Shown: positions 1 to 12,710, counted from the whole stretch's first letter. The stretch is DNA of 63,529 nt, filler included, from Aduncisulcus paluster (GCA_024181965.1; 40 parts of 40 records of this genome joined end to end with filler, not necessarily neighbours in it), one strand, 5' to 3'. A program made the numbers and translations. Notes: generated by a model not told the origin, from the sequence alone.

Positions 1-36
1 CATCTTCTCGCTGTGAGCTCCAGAAAGGAAGCTGTC

Positions 37-1252
37 ATGAATAGTGTTGCCCCGCTGAGCAAAATCCGTGTCGAGCCTTTGACGTGCAGCATTGGCGCCG
101 AGCTGTTCGATGTCGATCTGGCCGAGGTATCGCGCAGCGATGAGCTCTTCGGCGAGCTCAGGAACCTGCTGCTGGAGCACAAGGTGCTGTTCGTACGCGA
201 CCAGAACATGACCCGCGCCGAGCATGTGGCACTGGCACAGCGATTCGGACCGCTCGAGGACCATCCGGTCGCCGACAGTGATCCTGACCACCCTGGCCTG
301 GTGCGGATCTACAAGGAGATCGACAGCGCCCCGGAGCATTACGAGAACTCCTTTCACTGCGATGCGACCTGGCGGGAGAACCCGCCCATGGGATGCGTGT
401 TGCGCTGCGTCGAAACACCGCCCGTGGGTGGCGACACCATCTGGGTCAACATGGCGGAGGCCTACCGNNNNNNNNNNNNNNNNNNNNNNNNNNNNNNNNN
501 NNNNNNNNNNNNNNNNNNNNNNNNNNNNNNNNNNNNNNNNNNNNNNNNNNNNNNNNNNNNNNNNNNNNNNNNNNNNNNNNNNNNNNNNNNNNNNNNNNNN
601 NNNNNNNNNNNNNNNNNNNNNNNNNNNNNNNNNNNNNNNNNNNNNNNNNNNNNNNNNNNNNNNNNNNNNNNNNNGCCTACCGCCAGCTGCCCGCGGCAAT
701 GCGCGATCAGATCCGCGGCCTGCGCGCCCGGCATTCGATCGAGGCCAGCTTCGGTGCCGCCATGTCGACGCACCGGCGCCATGAACTGCACGAGCGATAC
801 CCGGACGCCGAGCATCCGGTGGTACGCACCCACCCGGAAACGGGGGAGGAGATCCTTTTCGTGAATTCCTTCACCACGCACCTCGTGAACTATCACCGTC
901 CGNNNNNNNNNNNNNNNNNNNNNNNNNNNNNNNNNNNNNNNNNNNNNNNNNNNNNNNNNNNNNNNNNNNNNNNNNNNNNNNNNNNNNNNNNNNNNNNNNN
1001 NNNNNNNNNNNNNNNNNNNNNNNNNNNNNNNNNGTGCGCTTCGGCTTCGACTACGCGCCCGGTGCCTCGGAACTGCTGCAGTACCTGGTGCGTCAGGCCT
1101 CCGTCCCGGAATTCCAGGTGCGGTGGCGTTGGACACCGAACAGCGTCGCCATCTGGGACAACCGGTCAACGCAACACTATGCGGTTCAGGACTATTGGCC
1201 CGCCGTACGCAAGATGGAACGCGCCGGAATTTGCGGAGACAGACCGTTCTAG
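37..1252 (+). CDS. TauD/TfdA-family Fe(II)/2-oxoglutarate dioxygenase (Mycobacterium-like), interrupted by N gaps
   Basis: EPLTCSIGAE start, HxD facial-triad motif (FHCDATW), GGDTIW, HPVVRTHPETG, WDNRSTQHYA. AAGGAA RBS before ATG 37. Confidence 0.93.
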
Positions 1253-1319
1253 CTGGGCACGGCGGCCAGCATGACACCATATGTCTGTGTCTGATGGTCT
1301 TCGCGCAAGCGGCTCATCC

Positions 1320-1401
1320 GTGTCCGCGACTCCGGTGGTCACCATGATCGGTGGCGGTCAGTTGGCCCGGATGACCCATCAGGCGTCGATCGCACTCGGT
1401 C
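1320..1401 (+). CDS. purK: N5-carboxyaminoimidazole ribonucleotide synthase, 5' fragment
   Basis: Manual translation VSATPVVTMIGGGQLARMTHQASIALG matches the actinobacterial PurK N-terminus. Start codon uncertain. Confidence 0.85.
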
Positions 1402-1445
1402 NNNNNNNNNNNNNNNNNNNNNNNNNNNNNNNNNNNNNNNNNNNN

Positions 1446-1457
1446 TTAATTAATTAA
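1446..1457. other. Artificial scaffold-concatenation linker TTAATTAATTAA flanked by Ns (first of 39)
   Basis: The same 12-mer in N padding starts at 1446, 3058, 4567, 5773, 8466, 9708, 10971, 12655, 14366, 15601, 16815, 18601, 20594, 21874, 23441, 25182, 26627, 27895, 29372, 30631, 32479, 34735, 37101, 38223, 41101, 42480, 44193, 45305, 46622, 47808, 49279, 50709, 51886, 53133, 54647, 57916, 59068, 60796 and 62006. GC content and gene type jump at most linkers. Confidence 0.99.
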
Positions 1458-1501
1458 NNNNNNNNNNNNNNNNNNNNNNNNNNNNNNNNNNNNNNNNNNN
1501 N

Positions 1502-2914
1502 CCCGGCACCGTCGCGAGGTACTCGTAGAGGTCCCACTTGCCCTTGGACTCTTCCGGCTTCTTGATGCGCATCAGATACATGTCGTGCACCATGCGGCCG
1601 TCCTCGCGCACGACGCCGTTCTGGGCGAAGAAATCATTCACCGGGGTCTTGCGCATCTGTGCGATCACGGTCTCGGAATCGGCCGAGTTGGTGGCGGCTA
1701 CCGCCTTGAAATAGTGCCGCAGCGCCGAGTTGACGCCGGCCTGATAGGCGGTCGGCATCGACCCGTGGCGCTTGAAGAACTCCTGGGCGAAGACGCGGGT
1801 CTCGGGCGTGCGGTCCCAATAGAAGGAATCGGTGAACAGCAGATCATGCGCATGCGCGAGGCCGAGCGCCGGCACGTCGGTGAGCGTCACCTGCAGCGCG
1901 ACGAGTTGCATGCTGGCGCGGATGTTGAACTCGTCGGCCTGCGACACCGCATTGCGGAAGTCGGAGCCGGCATTGGCGAGCGCAAGGATCTTGGCGCCGG
2001 AGGACTGGGCCTGCAGCAGGAAGGACGAGAAGTCCGANNNNNNNNNNNNNNNNNNNNNNNNNNNNNNNNNNNNNNNNNNNNNNNNNNNNNNCGAGAAGTC
2101 GGCGGTGTCGAAGGGATGGCGGACCGCGCCCAGCACCTTGCCGCCGGCGGACGTCACGGCCTTGCTGGCATCGCGCTCCAGCGCCTGACCGAACGCATAA
2201 TCGGCCGTGAGGAAGAACCAGGGCGTGCCGCCGCGCGCGACCACGGCCTTCGCCGTCGCGTTAGAGGAAGCATAGGTGTCGTAGGTCCACTGCACGCTGG
2301 TCCGCGAGCATTGCTTGCCGGTGAGATCGGATGAACCGGAGCCCGAGATCAAAAACAGCTTCTTGCGTTCGCGCGTGACGGTCTGGATCGCGAGCGCCAC
2401 CGCGGAATTGACGCCTTCGGCGATCACGTCGACACCCTTGTTGTCGATCCAGTTGCGCACGATGCCGGTCGCGACGTCGGGCTTGTTCTGGTGATCGGCC
2501 GAGATGATCNNNNNNNNNNNNNNNNNNNNNNNNNNNNNNNNNNNNNNNNNNNNNNNNNNNNNNNNNNNNNNNNNNNNNNNNNNNNNNNNNNNNNNNNNNN
2601 NNNNNNNNNNNNNNNNNNNNNNNNNNNNNNNNNNNNNNNNNNNNNNNNNNNNNNNNNNNNNNNNNNNNNNNNNNNNNNNNNNNNNNNNNNNNNNTCTCGA
2701 TCTTGCGTCCGGCGACCGTGCCGCCGATCTCCTCCGCGGCCATCTGCGCCGCGATCACCGACCCCGGGCCATTGCCGTCGGAATATTGCCCGCTCATGTC
2801 GGTGATGATGCCGACCCGCAGCACACCATCCTCCGCCCGGGCAGCGCCGGCTGCAAATGAGAGACACACGGCGGCGATTGCGGCCAGGAGATGCGAGCGT
2901 TTGGTGATGGACAT
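1502..2914 (-). CDS. Branched-chain amino acid (LivJ-like) ABC transporter substrate-binding protein, partial (Bradyrhizobium-like)
   Basis: Signal peptide MSITKRSHLLAAIAAVCLSFAAGAARA, then VGIITDMSGQYSD, WFFLTADYAFG and GVVREDGRMVHDMYL. Confidence 0.9.
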
Positions 2915-3113
2915 TTCGTTCCCAGGGATTCGGATGGTTCGGCCGATCTCCTGCAGCAATCAGGGATCACCGACAACCCCGCCGCCGGGCATGGCGCTCT
3001 GCGATTTCGCGCCNNNNNNNNNNNNNNNNNNNNNNNNNNNNNNNNNNNNNNNNNNNNTTAATTAATTAANNNNNNNNNNNNNNNNNNNNNNNNNNNNNNN
3101 NNNNNNNNNNNNN

Positions 3114-4140
3114 TATTGACGAGGCCGGTGGGCGGGCACTGCCCGACTGGAGCCCCGAAGCATCTCTTGAGACGATGACCGCACTGAACGTAGCCACAGC
3201 GATACTGTCGGTGTCCACCCCGGGCACTACCTTCTTGCCCGCTGCCACCGATGCCGCGGCACTCGCCCGGGACCTCAACGACTACACCGCGTCCGTGGTC
3301 GCCGATCACCCCGATCGGTTCGGCTTCTTCGCCACCGTCCCCCTGCCGCACGTCGACGCCGCGATAGCCGAAACCGTTCGCGCACTGGATGTTCTACATG
3401 CCGATGGGGTGGTACTGCTGGCCAACAATGACGGTGTGTACCTCGGTCAGGACGGGCAAGACGATCTGTTCGCCGCCCTCGACGCCCGTTCAGCTGTCGT
3501 ATTCATCCACCCCGCCGACCTACCCGGCCCCGCCGTCGACGGCGTATTGCCTTTTGCCGCCGACTTCCTCCTGGATACCACGCGTGCGGCATATCTTTTG
3601 GTACGCAATGGTATTCGCAGGAAGTATCCCAACATCAGATTCATCCTCAGCCACGCCGGTGGATTCGTGCCGTACGCNNNNNNNNNNNNNNNNNNNNNNN
3701 NNNNNNNNNNNNNNNNNNNNNNNNNNNNNNNNNNNNNNNNNNNNNNNNNNNNNNNNNNNNNNNNNNNNNNNNNNNNNNNNNNNNNNNNNNNCACCGACTG
3801 CCTTGAGGACTTCGCGGGCTTCTATTTCGATACCGCGCTGTCTTCCAGCCCGGCCGCGCTGCCGTCCCTGCTGGCCTTCGCCGACCCCGGCCACGTGCTG
3901 TTCGGGTCGGATTGGCCGTTCGCACCGCTGCCGGCCTCGCAGCTGTTCGCCGCGGGCTTGGAGAACTACCCGCTCGATGCCTCAACCCGCGCCGCCATCG
4001 ATCACGGCAATGCGCTGGCGTTGTTCCCACGGCTGGGCAGCGCGCCCGCTAGTGTCCCGCAGTCGCTGGCGGGAACCGTACGGAACACCGCGCGGCGCAC
4101 GGTGATGCGCGGCATCGCACGTCTGATGGCGTCACGGTGA
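3114..4140 (+). CDS. Amidohydrolase_2-family metal-dependent hydrolase/decarboxylase, 5' partial
   Basis: ILSVSTPG, VVFIHP, ILSHAGG, YFDTALS and LFGSDWPF motifs. Confidence 0.88.
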
Positions 4141-4147
4141 GCCGCTA

Positions 4148-4459
4148 TTACACCTCGTCGTTATCTGACGACAACACCGATCCACTCTGGTCGTGATCGC
4201 AGCCGACACCCTGGTCTTCGCATTCCATTCCGGTACCGCTGCTCGGCGCCTTCGGAGCAATGTTGGTCTTGTCCGAGTCATACGGACCACTGATGTCCGA
4301 ATCCGGGTTGTTGGGCCCGGAGTCATTGCTGGCCAATATCACTCGTGTTGGACTGGCCGGATGATCCAGGGTTGACCCCAACCCCATCCCGCCAACAGCG
4401 ATAAACGCGGGGGCAATCACTGCCGCCGCCAACCAGGCGCGCCTCGACGGAAGACCCAT
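4148..4459 (-). CDS. Small putative secreted acidic protein (hypothetical)
   Basis: 103-aa ORF with a signal-peptide-like N-terminus, GAGAGGAG RBS upstream, and an Asp/Ser/Gly-rich body with two Cys. Confidence 0.6.
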   Translation of the reverse strand: MGLPSRRAWLAAAVIAPAFIAVGGMGLGSTLDHPASPTRVILASNDSGPNNPDSDISGPYDSDKTNIAPKAPSSGTGMECEDQGVGCDHDQSGSVLSSDNDEV

Positions 4460-4622
4460 GGCCCACTCCTCTCACAGATACCGCGGATTCGCGGTGTTAG
4501 TGAAAGTCTTCGTGAATCACGGNNNNNNNNNNNNNNNNNNNNNNNNNNNNNNNNNNNNNNNNNNNNTTAATTAATTAANNNNNNNNNNNNNNNNNNNNNN
4601 NNNNNNNNNNNNNNNNNNNNNN

Positions 4623-5728
4623 GCGATTCTTGCCGTCCTGAAGACCGGCGCGGCCTATCTGCCGATCGATCCCGCACATCCGCCCCAACGCATCGAGTTC
4701 ATGGTGGCGGACTCTGAGCCGGTCGTGGCCATCACCGTGGCGACACTGATGGACCGGTTCACGGGGTTGAAGCTGCCCGTCGTCGATGTCGACGATCCCG
4801 CAGCGCGGGCTCAATCATGCCTGGCGCCAACGCTTCCTGCCGCCGATGACCTGGCCCACATTATTTACACGTCGGGTACGACCGGAATCCCCAAGGGGAT
4901 GGCAGTCACCCACCGCAATGTGACCCGGATGTTCGACGCGGCAGCCGTCGGCGTGGAATTGGCACCACACCAGGTGTGGGCGCAGTTCCATTCCTATGCC
5001 TTCGATTTCTCGGTATGGGAGATATGGGGCGCGCTGCTGCACGGCGGCCGTTTGGTGGTGGTGCCCGACGCGGTGGCACGCTCGCCCAAGGACTTCCACG
5101 CGCTGCTGATCGCGGAGAAGGTGACAGTGTTCAGCCAGACTCCGTCCGCGGTGCGGATGCTGTCGCCGGAGGGATTGGAAGCGGCGGCGTTGGTGTTGGG
5201 CGCCGAGCCCGTCTCACCCGACCTGGTGGACCGATGGGCCGTGGGCAGGACGATGTTCAACGCCTACGGTCCCACGGAAACAACGATATTCGCGTCGATC
5301 AGTGNNNNNNNNNNNNNNNNNNNNGCTCCCCGGTACCGGGTGCGGCCCTGTTCGTGCTGGACGGGTGGATGCGCACCGTGCCTGCCGGGGTGGTCGGTGA
5401 GTTGTATGTCGCCGGTCACGGTGTGGGTTGTGGGTATGTGAACCGGTCCGCGCTCACCGCGTCCCGGTTTGTCGCCTGCCCGTTCGGCGAGCCCGGCACC
5501 CGCATGTATCGCACCGGCGATCTGGTGCGCTGGGGCGGCGATGGTCAGCTGCAGTATGTGGGCCGTGCCGATGAACAGGTCAAGATCCGCGGGTACCGCA
5601 TCGAACTCGGCGAAATCCAGTCCGCCCTTGCCGATCTGGACGGGGTGCAGGCCGCGGAGGTGATCGTCAGGGAAGACCGGCCGGGTGAGAAGCGCCTGAT
5701 CGGCTACGTCACCGGGACCGCCGATCCG
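4623..5728 (+). CDS. Non-ribosomal peptide synthetase adenylation domain, internal fragment (mycobacterial)
   Basis: [42 protein letters not shown] and [14 protein letters not shown] core motifs. Confidence 0.95.
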
Positions 5729-5839
5729 NNNNNNNNNNNNNNNNNNNNNNNNNNNNNNNNNNNNNNNNNNNNTTAATTAATTAANNNNNNNNNNNNNNNN
5801 NNNNNNNNNNNNNNNNNNNNNNNNNNNNAATAGAATAAG

Positions 5840-6794
5840 CTAATTGTTTGAGTTAAAGACCTTTTCCAATACTATCAACACAAAAAATAAAATTCCCAAA
5901 TAACCATTAATAGTAAAAAATGCTTTATCTATTTTTGTGAAATCACGATTTACAATGATATGTTCGTAAGTCAACATAACAGCACTAGCAACTACAGCCA
6001 TATATGCAAACACACCAAGTGAAGCTTCTATGGTAAATAATAGCCAGAAAAGAACTGTAAGGAAGTGCATAATTTTAGAGAAGAGCATAGTATTTTTTGC
6101 CCCAAATTGAGAAGGGATAGAATGCAATCCTAGTTTTTTATCTACTTCAATATCTTGCAATGAATAGAGTAAATCAAACCCAGCCACCCAAAAAAGTACC
6201 CCAACACTTAAATAAATAGACCATAAAGTTATAGTCTCAGATACAGCTACCACACCTGCAATAGGAGCTAAACCTAAAGAAACCCCAAGAATAATATGTG
6301 CAAAATAAGAGAATCTTTTAAAATATGAATAACTTGCAAGAGATCGGAAGAGCGTCGTGTANNNNNNNNNNNNNNNNNNNNTATGTGCAAAATAAGAGAA
6401 TCTTTTAAAATATGAATAACTTGCAAGAACAAGCAAAATAGGAACACTTATAAAAAAAGCTAAGCTATTTACAAAATAAGCAACCACTACAAAACCCAAA
6501 GCATTTGCAAAAGTAAATAGAAGCATTTGGGTAGAACTGATTCGACCATCTACATTTGGTCTATTTATTGTTCGAGGATTGAGTGCATCGATATCTCTAT
6601 CTAGATATCTGTTGAATCCCATGGCAAAATTCCTAGCTGTTAAGGCTGCTAATACTCCTAAAAATAAAAGGTTCCATCCGAACCAACCATCACTAGCAAC
6701 TACCATAGCTATAAATATAAAAGGGAAAGAAAATATAGAGTGTTTAAACATCACGAGTTCGTTAAAGTCATTTAATTTTTTTAGTATTTTATTC
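5840..6794 (-). CDS. mqnP: UbiA-family prenyltransferase (futalosine-pathway MqnP-like), Arcobacter-like
   Basis: ARNFAMGFNRYLDRDIDALNPRT and GFDLLYSLQD motifs. Divergent from miaA. The start codon lies in the N gap. Confidence 0.85.
6341..6361 (+). other. Illumina TruSeq adapter remnant
   Basis: AGATCGGAAGAGCGTCGTGTA next to a gap. The preceding ~47 nt are repeated after the gap. Confidence 0.97.
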
Positions 6795-6831
6795 NNNNNN
6801 NNNNNNNNNNNNNNNNNNNNNNNNNNNNNNN

Positions 6832-7837
6832 ATGTATGTAAAAGGGAATTATTTGTACAAAGAACTAGCCATCATAGCACCAACGGCATCTGGAAAAACG
6901 GCACTTTCTATTAAACTAGCTCATAAATTAAATGCGGTGATCTTGTCCCTTGATAGTTTGGCTGTGTATAAAAAAATTGATATAGCTTCAGCAAAACCTA
7001 CTGTTACTGAACGAGATGGAATCAAACACTTTGGTATAGATTGTATCTATCCCAATGAAGTGTTTGATGTGATAGAGTTTTATGAAGAGTATAAAAAAGC
7101 AAAACAATATGCAATCGCTCATGAAAAAAATCTTATTATTGTAGGAGGTACAGGATTTTATCTCAAGTCTTTATGTGATGGACTCTCCTCCACTCCATAT
7201 ATTACAGATGAAACGAAAGTCAAAGTACAAGAAGAGCTTCAAGATATAGAAAAACTTTATAAAAAGCTTTATACACTAGACTCAACTTATATGAAAAAAA
7301 TAGCCTCTACTGATAGATATAGAATTGAAAAAGCAGCACAATTGTATATGGAAACAAAACTTACCCCATCTCTATATTTTGCACAAAATAAACCTGAGCC
7401 AATTATTGAAAATCTTGATATTTATGAGANNNNNNNNNNNNNNNNNNNNNNNNNNNNNNNNNNNNNNNNNNNNNNNNNNNNNNNNNNNNNNNNNNNNNNN
7501 NNNNNNNNNNNNNNNNNNNGAGATTGAAACTGATGTAGAAGTATTAAGAGAGCGTATAAAAAAAAGAACTCAAATGATGCTAAAAGATGGAATCATAGAT
7601 GAAGTGATAGCTTTAGAAAAAGAGTATACAAGAGCTCCTAATAGTATGGGTAGTATAGGGATAGTTGAAACACTAGACTATTTAGATAGTAAGATAAATA
7701 AAAAAGAGTTAGAAGAGCTTATCTCTATACACACAGCACAACTAGCAAAAAGACAAAGAACTTTTAATAAGTCACAATTTACAAATGTAAAAAAAGAAAG
7801 TTTGGAAAAAATAGAAAAAATAATCTTGTCGCAATAA
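6832..7837 (+). CDS. miaA: tRNA dimethylallyltransferase
   Basis: [31 protein letters not shown] and QLAKRQRTF. The frame change occurs only at an N gap. Confidence 0.95.
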
Positions 7838-8015
7838 TTAATATTGCTATTTAATTCTTAATAATTAGTTTTATCATAGTAAAAATTTGTTATAAATCAC
7901 TCTAGATAATAGTAATTATAAGTTTCTATTTACAGAGAATAAGGTATTATCTAGGTAGTTTCAGAGTAAAATTTTTAGTAAAAATATTTGAGATTAGCCT
8001 ACAAAAGGAAAAAAA

Positions 8016-8405
8016 ATGGAACATATGGATTTTGCAAATCCTTATTTTGGTGTATTTGTAATGTTTGTACTGACTTTTGGTGCATTTATAGCAGGTACAT
8101 CATTATCAAGATTTGCTAGTCATAAATTAGCAAAAAAAGATACAGAAAAGTTAAAAACTACGCTGTATGAGTGTGGACCAGAGGTAACAAAACAGCCAAA
8201 TACAATATCGGTACAATTTTATCTTATGGCATTGCTGTTTATACTTTTTGATGTAGAGATAATATTTATGTTTCCATGGGCTGTTAATTTTCAAGTTTTG
8301 GGTTGGTTTGGTTTTGTTGAGATGATTTTATTTATACTTCTTTTGACAATAGGTTTTATTTACGCTTGGAAAAAAGGGGCTTTAGAATGGCACAGCATAA
8401 AGTAA
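8016..8405 (+). CDS. nuoA: NADH-quinone oxidoreductase subunit A
   Basis: YECG, FILFDVEIIFMFPW and WKKGALEW motifs. Confidence 0.97.
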   Translation: MEHMDFANPYFGVFVMFVLTFGAFIAGTSLSRFASHKLAKKDTEKLKTTLYECGPEVTKQPNTISVQFYLMALLFILFDVEIIFMFPWAVNFQVLGWFGFVEMILFILLLTIGFIYAWKKGALEWHSIK

Positions 8406-8421
8406 ATTATTTTGCGGATGG
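8387..8421 (+). CDS. nuoB: NADH-quinone oxidoreductase subunit B, 5' fragment
   Basis: MAQHKVNYFADG overlapping the nuoA 3' end, the usual Campylobacterota arrangement. Confidence 0.7.
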
Positions 8422-8521
8422 NNNNNNNNNNNNNNNNNNNNNNNNNNNNNNNNNNNNNNNNNNNNTTAATTAATTAANNNNNNNNNNNNNNNNNNNNNNN
8501 NNNNNNNNNNNNNNNNNNNNN

Positions 8522-8636
8522 ACTTTTATAATGAGCTTATCGCAGTTTCGTGTTCACCGAGGTGATCACTTGAACTAGACTTGCATGGCTTAATCTTTGA
8601 AAGAAGCATATCACTACTGGCAGGATCAACCAGGTA
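8522..8636 (-). rRNA. Eukaryotic 18S rRNA, 5' end
   Basis: Reverse complement begins TACCTGGTTGATCCTGCCAGTAGTGATATGCTTCTTTCAAAGATTAAGCCATGC. Confidence 0.97.
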
Positions 8637-9663
8637 ACCAAATAATAAAAAAGCATACGCACTACCTTTTGAGTAACGGGTATACAAGTTCTACTATCCA
8701 GCTTTCCCAGAACACACCAAAAGGCATGCACAGGAAATAGAATTTAATTTGCGTCCACACAAAACAAAACAACAGTATGAAATATTCCACACTGTATTTC
8801 AATTCCATATGAACGGAAACTCGATGTATTAGAAAAATAATAAATTAAGATTCAATGTACAATCGATATTCACCATAAGTTGAAAGATTAAAGAGGGAGA
8901 TCATATTGCATACATCCGAAGTTAAATAACAACAGAAGTAAACTCAATCCCCGACTCTTTTCCAGTATGATCTAAATTAACACATCGTGTGTTTCACAGA
9001 GCCAAAATGAAATAAATTCCATTCAAACACTGCAAACTCGAAATGTCATTTGAATAGCCAAACAATAGACAAAAGAGAATAAAGTCGAGTCATTTATAAA
9101 CCCAACAATAGTTCACAATCACCTGAACCTCAGAAGAGGATGGCTATACAAATATACCAGAGACAATTCATGATTAGTACAGGTTCTTACATATATACAC
9201 TGACCCAAACCCCAACCCCTGGGCATCCCAGGCACATTGAATACAGGTTTAAGCCGACCTTATAGTACTTCATGAGTCCTTCACCACCTTAAAAATAGGC
9301 AGAAAGGATAACGAATATTTTCTACAGAAGGGTAAAATCATTTATGTTATGATTTCTCTGCGTCCTTGCGGACACAATGAAAAGTATTCAGACTACTACT
9401 TTGTTGCCAAAGCCTCGTAAAAATAATTCATCTTACACAGAGAGCTACAAAAGTATGCTAAACTCAAAGAGTTCATCACAATAAAATGGATTTTGTTTAC
9501 ATGCAAGCGCATTTCGTGAAGACACAAAAACACACTCACACATCTTTTTTTGGAGGCGTCCCACTGTGTAAAAGCGATTACTCACTTTTCACAATGCACA
9601 GGCCAAAAAAATCTTGAAGTCGCCTTTCTGAGACAAAAAAAAAATTTTTGCGGATTTACACCC
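8637..9663 (-). other. rDNA 5' external transcribed spacer / intergenic spacer
   Basis: Non-coding sequence directly upstream of the 18S 5' end. Confidence 0.8.
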
Positions 9664-9763
9664 NNNNNNNNNNNNNNNNNNNNNNNNNNNNNNNNNNNNN
9701 NNNNNNNTTAATTAATTAANNNNNNNNNNNNNNNNNNNNNNNNNNNNNNNNNNNNNNNNNNNN

Positions 9764-10926
9764 GCTCATGGCCGCGATCAGCGCCGACCTGCCGACGGTG
9801 GTGATTCCAGTCGGGCCGATGGTGGTCGGCCATCACAAGGGCGAGGTGCTCGGCGCCTGCACCGACTGCCGAAGGCTGTGGGGCAAGTATCGCGCCGGCG
9901 AGATCGACGACAACGAGATCGAGGCGGTGAACGGGCGCCTTGCGCCCTCCGTGGGCACTTGCATGGTGATGGGCACGGCTTCCACGATGGCCTGCATCAC
10001 CGAGGCGCTCGGCCTGTCGCTGCCGATGAGCGCGACGATCCCGGCGCCGCATGCCGAACGCTTCCGCTCCGCCGAGGCCAGCGGCCGCGTCGCCGCCGAG
10101 ATGGCGAAGACCAAGGGACCGAAGCCGAGCGAGATCCTGACGCCGGCCTCGTTCCGCAACGCCCAGGTTGTCATGCAGGCGATCGGCGGCTCGACCAACG
10201 GGCTGATCNNNNNNNNNNNNNNNNNNNNNNNNNNNNNNNNNNNNNNNNNNNNNNNNNNNNNNNNNNNNNNNNNNNNNNNNNNNNNNNNNNNNNNNNNNNN
10301 ACTGGGCCGCGAGGTGCCGGTGCTGGTCGACCTCAAGCCGTCGGGCGAGCATTACATGGAACACTTCCATCATGCCGGTGGTGTGCCGAAGCTGATGGCG
10401 CAACTCGGCGACCTCATCGATCTCGACGCGAGGACCATCACCGGTCAGACCTTGCGCGAGGTCGTGGCTAATGCAGAGGACGTGCCGGGGCAGGATGCCA
10501 TCCGCTCCAAGGCAAACCCGATCAAGTCCGAAGGTGCGATGGCGATCCTGCACGGCAATCTCGCGCCGCGCGGCGCCGTGATCAAGCAGTCGGCGGCGAG
10601 CCCAAAGCTGTTGCAGCACACCGGCCGCGCCGTGGTGTTCGAGTCGGTCGAAGACATGACGCTGCGGGTCGATGATCCCGCGCTCGACGTGACCGCTGAC
10701 GACGTGCTGGTGCTGCGCAATGCCGGCCCGAAGGGCGCGCCGGGCATGCCGGAGGCGGGCTACCTGCCGATCCCGAAGAAGCTGGCGCGCGCCGGGGTGA
10801 AGGACATGGTCCGGATCTCTGATGCGCGCATGAGCGGCACCGCGTTCGGCACCATCGTGCTGCACATCACGCCGGAGTCCGCCGTCGGCGGTCCGCTCGG
10901 ACTGGTGCGCAACGGCGACATGATCC
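9764..10926 (+). CDS. IlvD/Edd-family dehydratase, partial
   Basis: GTCMVMGTASTM, AIGGSTN, GPKGAPGMPE, SDARMSGT and LHITPE motifs. Confidence 0.93.
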
Positions 10927-11026
10927 NNNNNNNNNNNNNNNNNNNNNNNNNNNNNNNNNNNNNNNNNNNNTTAATTAATTAANNNNNNNNNNNNNNNNNN
11001 NNNNNNNNNNNNNNNNNNNNNNNNNN

Positions 11027-12610
11027 TCATGAATATAATAATTTTTTTCTTATCAGATATAAATAAAGAAGAAAGAATCAATATTTCACTCAAAACGCAT
11101 ATACAAAAACTACAGAGTCACTATAAAGTACTACTTACTCAAGAGCAACTCACAGCTGATCTGGCATATGATTCAACAGTAAAAAATCAACAATTTTTAA
11201 CAATATTTGAAAATGCTTTAGAAACAAACAATCAACAAAAAAGAGATTTATTAAGAGACGAACTTTATACTCTTTTCAGTGATAAATATAAAGAACTTCT
11301 TAAAAGAGGTGTTTTACAGTACCACTTTGTGTTCCCTGACAATACAGTTTTTTTACGATTTCATAAAGTTGCTAAATATGGCGATAACTTAACTAATATT
11401 CGTTCAGATTTTAAGTATGTAAATGAAACAAAAAAAACAATTCGTGGTTTTGCACAAGGAAGAACCGCACATGCTTTTAGAAATGTGTATCCTATTTTTN
11501 NNNNNNNNNNNNNNNNNNNNNNNNNNNNNNNNNNNNNNNNNNNNNNNNNNNNNNNNNNNNNNNNNNNNNNNNNNNNNNNNNNNNNNNNNNNNNNNNNNNN
11601 NNNNNNNNNNNNNNNNNNNNNNNNNNNNNNNNNNNNNNNNNNNNNNNTACAAATGTTGCAAATATCCATACTCATTTTTTAGTAAGTAAAAGTATTTTTG
11701 ATGCAAAGGCTTGGAAAAGAGATGATTTAGTAGTTCAATATAGTCAAAGTATTGAACATGATAAATACATGATTAGTATGCCAAAGAGTCATACAAAAGA
11801 TGAATATCATGTTCTTGTAGAAAAAAAAGTAAAAGGTATTAAACCTATCATTAAACAAAAAGTAGAAAATGGAAAACCATTTGCACTATATAATATTGAT
11901 AACAATATTAATGATTCAGCAGATGTGATCTCTTTTTTGCCAATCCATAATAATATCAATAAAGAAATTTTAGCGTGGATCGTTTCTTATGAAAAAGATG
12001 ATTTTATTAAGGTAACAATAAATAATACAAACTATATTCGAATTATTTTATTTATTGGGTTATTAATACTTTTTTATTTTATATACAAAACACTCAATCA
12101 AAAGCAAAAGCTTGAAGATGCAGTAGATATAAAAACAGCAGAACTCAAAGACCTTAATGAAAATTTAGAACAAAAAATTATCATAGAGGTTGCTAAAAGT
12201 AAAGAGATAGAAACAAAACTATTTCAATCNNNNNNNNNNNNNNNNNNNNNNNNNNNNNNNNNNNNNNNNNNNNNNNNNNNNNNNNNNNNNNGATAAAATG
12301 GTTAGTATGGGGGAGATGATTGGAAATATCGCCCATCAATGGAGACAACCACTCTCTGCTATCTCTACGGGGGCAACTGGAATTATTGCAAAAAAAGAGT
12401 ATGGAATATTAACAGATGAAGCACTTCTAGAAGCGTGTGGCAACATCAATAAACATGCCCAATATCTCTCACAAACAATCGATGATTTTAGAAACTATAT
12501 AAAAGGTGATCGAGAAAAAAAAGTATTCTCTTTAAAAAATGATATAGATAGTTTCTTACATTTAATCGAGGGTTCTTCTAAAAAAGAGGTTATAGAAATA
12601 CTTGTTGATA
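11027..12610 (+). CDS. Membrane sensor histidine kinase (periplasmic Cache-like domain + HisKA), partial, Arcobacter-like
   Basis: Transmembrane helix near 12040 and H-box MGEMIGNIAHQWRQPL followed by TIDDFRNY. Confidence 0.9.
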
Positions 12611-12710
12611 NNNNNNNNNNNNNNNNNNNNNNNNNNNNNNNNNNNNNNNNNNNNTTAATTAATTAANNNNNNNNNNNNNNNNNNNNNNNNNNNNNNNNNN
12701 NNNNNNNNNN

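Noticed and set aside
459-683. Frameshifts and short duplications in bacterial genes (also near 2030/2092, 6294/6382, 13780/13804, 35299/35421)
   Set aside because: They occur only at N gaps and the flanks overlap. These are mis-sized scaffold gaps, not pseudogenes or programmed frameshifts.
6341-6361. Apparent foreign insert YTTLFRS in mqnP
   Set aside because: Illumina adapter sequence.
9708-10865. Long antisense or alternative-frame ORFs in GC-rich scaffolds (e.g. also 27903-29252)
   Set aside because: Shadow ORFs from high-GC codon bias opposite well-supported genes.
8522-12610. Bacterial genes next to eukaryotic rDNA as horizontal transfer or a novel operon
   Set aside because: Separated by artificial linkers, so there is no physical linkage.
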